Origin: Eukaryota sp. GEM-RC1
Taxonomy: Eukaryota
Assembly: GCA_040285855.1 (NCBI GenBank)
Contig: JAUFOQ010000004.1
Span: 1,612,001 to 1,676,000, forward strand
Length of the DNA: 64,000 nt
Reading direction: 5' to 3'
The notes under the pieces are model-generated. The model searched no databases and was not told where the DNA came from. It saw only the letters and a program-made list of their open reading frames with translations. The position numbers and the translations under genes are program-made. Position 1 is the first letter of the stretch, and every line of letters starts with the position of its first letter. Positions 63,101-64,000 of the stretch are shown piece by piece.

Positions 63101-63132
63101 AGCAGCTGTAGTAAGATTCCTCTTTTTACCAT
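57186..63132 (-). CDS. Gypsy gag-pol polyprotein (fragmented by indels; long N-terminal extension; integrase catalytic core missing)
   Basis: ATG at 63132. ORFs 61668..63014, 60520..61608, 60141..60545, 59000..60139, 57847..58911 and 57186..57806 are collinear with element 1 apart from the integrase gap. Confidence 0.8.
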
Positions 63133-63147
63133 GAGGATAATAATTAT

Positions 63148-63238
63148 TAATACCTAAAGGTGCAAAGGGGAAGGTAAAGGGTGTTTATAAATCAAATTAT
63201 ACGTACTAGTAACACTTCACTAACACCTGTGGCTAACA
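63148..63238 (-). repeat. 5' LTR (91 bp)
   Basis: Identical to 57095-57185. Confidence 0.95.
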
Positions 63239-63242
63239 TCTG

Positions 63243-64000
63243 AAGTTCATAACTTTAAAATTCCAAATAATCGTCCTATATCAACAATTGACACAGACCT
63301 TCGTGATTTTGTTGCTGGAGCAGGAATCCATACTGCCAATTCAAACTACACTGGATATAAGCACTGTGTTACTGATACATTTGGCACATGTCATTTACCA
63401 GAACTTGATTTTGATCATATCAACCGAGCTTTTGAATACACTACTCAGTATGAAATGTGGCCTGCGTTTGAACTAAATATTCGTCCCAATTATGAGATGT
63501 ACATTAAAAGATTTATCAATACAGTAATGGGTAAGAAAGAGTTTGAAAGAAGAATGAAGAAGAAACGTAATTTAGTTTTAGGTCCAGAACTTGCAGGACT
63601 AACAGGACGTGAAGCTCAAAAGTTCACTAGTTACTTCAGATTTCGCTTAAAGATATTGAAAGATCAAATTTTGTATCGACCTAGAGATGAAGCCCTACAG
63701 TATATTAATTCTTTTAACTCTGCCACTCACCCTGAGAATCTTAAGTTTATTGATGAAGTTTCCAAAGTTTTTAATGCTGATTTCAGTATGTTAATATTTG
63801 AACAGATCAATTCCCTAATGACTGATAAAATTCCAGAATTACTTCAAAGATTTAACATCATATTTCCTGCTACAATCACTACTAAGGACAATGAAACTGT
63901 AGACGTTCATAATTTACTTTACACAGTTCAGGAGTATCCACTTCATTTTCTAAGAAATTCTCTTCAAATCTCAGATTACTTGGAATCCAAGGGTGCTAAG
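63243..64000 (+). pseudogene. Second exonuclease-Fanzor gene, continuation after the LTR insertion (runs off the window)
   Basis: Removing the element and one TCTG restores RNLSSEVHNFKIPNNRPISTIDTDLRDFV. Matches to copy 1: RPSSAIDADLERFV; YIKRFINTVMGKK vs HVNRFINVYFGKK; FRFRLKILKD vs YRFALRQIKE. Confidence 0.8.

Larger units (their letters stand above)
57095..63238 (-). mobile_element. Ty3/Gypsy LTR retrotransposon with identical 91-bp LTRs and a deleted integrase core
   Basis: LTRs 57095-57185 and 63148-63238 are identical; TCTG duplicated on both sides; PPT abuts the 3' LTR. CCHC CFKCGK-GHYAPDC, FDSAAS, YIDD, TDASD/TDHRNL, chromodomain-like tail. Confidence 0.95.

Noticed and set aside
1372..63132. 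Pervasive frameshifts as programmed frameshifting, RNA editing or an alternative genetic code
   Set aside because: The breaks I examined sit in homopolymer runs, go in both directions and affect unrelated genes. Long-read consensus error is the simpler explanation.

Overview
AT-rich eukaryotic DNA, probably from a protist (inferred from gene density, tiny 29-34 nt GT-AG introns and BspA/giant surface proteins). Many ORFs are split by 1-bp indels in homopolymers, which look like long-read assembly errors. Host genes: two tandem BTB/POZ genes, an RWD protein, a small lipid-anchored protein, a ~20 kb giant surface protein (4 LamG-like repeats, beta-helix, Cys-rich, multi-TM), an MFS transporter, a membrane-anchored alpha/beta hydrolase, and a chimeric membrane protein (degenerate PPDK N-terminal domain + TM + CarboxypepD_reg-like repeats + BspA LRRs). 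Mobile DNA: three hAT elements, two Ty3/Gypsy elements with chromodomain-like tails (one with identical 91-bp LTRs) and three pieces of an RLE-type non-LTR retrotransposon. Standout: a ~1,050-aa Fanzor1 (TnpB-derived RNA-guided nuclease family) fused at its N-terminus to a family-B DNA polymerase-type 3'-5' exonuclease domain (44272-47418, minus), followed by a hairpin-rich candidate omegaRNA. A divergent second copy of the same fusion (56200-64000, plus) is interrupted by the Gypsy element, which points to a conserved exonuclease-Fanzor family. All identifications are by eye; no searches were run.
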